This document shows positions 63,210 through 64,000 of a stretch of 64,000 bases of DNA, piece by piece. The translations under genes were made by a program, and so were the position numbers. The DNA comes from Camelus dromedarius. Lineage: Eukaryota. The first letter of the stretch is position 1. The number at the start of each line of letters is the position of its first letter. The notes below the pieces were generated by a model that did no database searches, was not told the DNA's origin, and was given only the letters and a program-made list of their open reading frames with translations. Where the stretch lies: the NCBI RefSeq assembly GCF_036321535.1, contig NC_087437.1, forward strand, positions 43,712,001-43,776,000. Direction: 5' to 3'.

Positions 63210-64000
63210 AACTAGAAAACCACTAATGAAGTAATAGATCTAGGCAATGATCATCAATGGATGCTAACTAAACCCTTTGGGTGAAGAATAGGTTGGTGAT
63301 CAGACCCATAACACCTGAACCCACTAATCAATGTTAACACTGAAAAGTGGGATAAGGAGACATATGCCTACAGGTGTGTTGTAACAGCAGTATTTAGCAC
63401 CACATATGAAATATTTCTATCCAAATAATTTAACTAAAATCTGGTAGACCCTCAATTTCCAATGGCTGACCAATATGCATGGAAAAAAAAAAAATGAAGA
63501 ATCAAGTAATATGTTAAATAAAATCCCAAGGAAACAAACAGCTAAATCTAGAATTTAGAAAATGCCACAAAACAAATAACCAAGTTTCCTCAACAAATAA
63601 ATTGCATACAACAGTACAGAAGGAACACTTTAGATGAAAAGAGAATTGAGAAACATACCAATAAAATGCAATGTGTAGGTTTTATTTGGATTCTGATTCA
63701 AAGAAATCAACTGTAAAAAGCTTTTTTGAGTCAAAGAGGACATTTGAATAAGTGATATTAGATACTAAAGAATTACTATTCATTTTCCTAGGTATAATGA
63801 TATTGCAGTACTTTTTAAAGAATTCTTATTTGAAGTATTTATGGGTGAAATGATACCTTTTGGTAGTCCAGGAAAAAAAACGGAGGGGTAGATACATAAA
63901 ATAAAATTAGAAAAAGTGTTGATAATATTCAATGTGATTTGATGAATTTGTAGGGATTCATTGTATTACAATGTCTGTTTTTATGTATGTTTAAATTTTC
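63210..64000 (+). mobile_element. L1MC4/L1MC5-type 3' UTR, running to the window end
   Basis: 'gatctaggcaatgatcatcaatggatgctaa', 'aatgcaatgtgtagg...tttggattctgattcaaa', 'tgaagtatttatgggtgaaatgata'. Confidence 0.85.

Noticed and set aside
1..64000. CRISPR arrays, prokaryotic operons, rRNA, NUMT, processed pseudogenes
   Set aside because: I saw no regularly spaced repeats, long ORFs or recognisable homology. Highly decayed pseudogenes or tiny exons of a large host gene cannot be excluded by eye.

Overview
This is AT-rich mammalian nuclear DNA, most likely camelid (alpaca, llama or camel). The species call rests on two tRNA-Ala-derived Vic-1-type SINEs and young L1 3' ends ending in 'gaaattga(c/t)acatt(g/a)taa..gact.tacttcaatt'. 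I found no protein-coding gene, structural RNA gene, CpG island or CRISPR array. The ORFs in the track are short and look like chance or repeat-derived frames. The window reads as intergenic or deep-intronic DNA densely filled with retroelements (L1, L2, MIR, MaLR/ERVL/ERV1 solo LTRs) and hAT DNA-transposon relics. The most notable signals are: (1) a decayed Ty3/Gypsy element with colinear PNMA-like gag, protease and reverse transcriptase motifs at about 55.2-57.9 kb; (2) a circularly permuted L1 ORF2 fragment at 10.9-11.8 kb; (3) an isolated 38-bp direct repeat with copies 3.3 kb apart; (4) four different solo LTRs within 4 kb. I see no evidence for an intact new genetic system. Repeat subfamily names come from my recall of consensus sequences, not from a search. 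Boundaries without a TSD are approximate.
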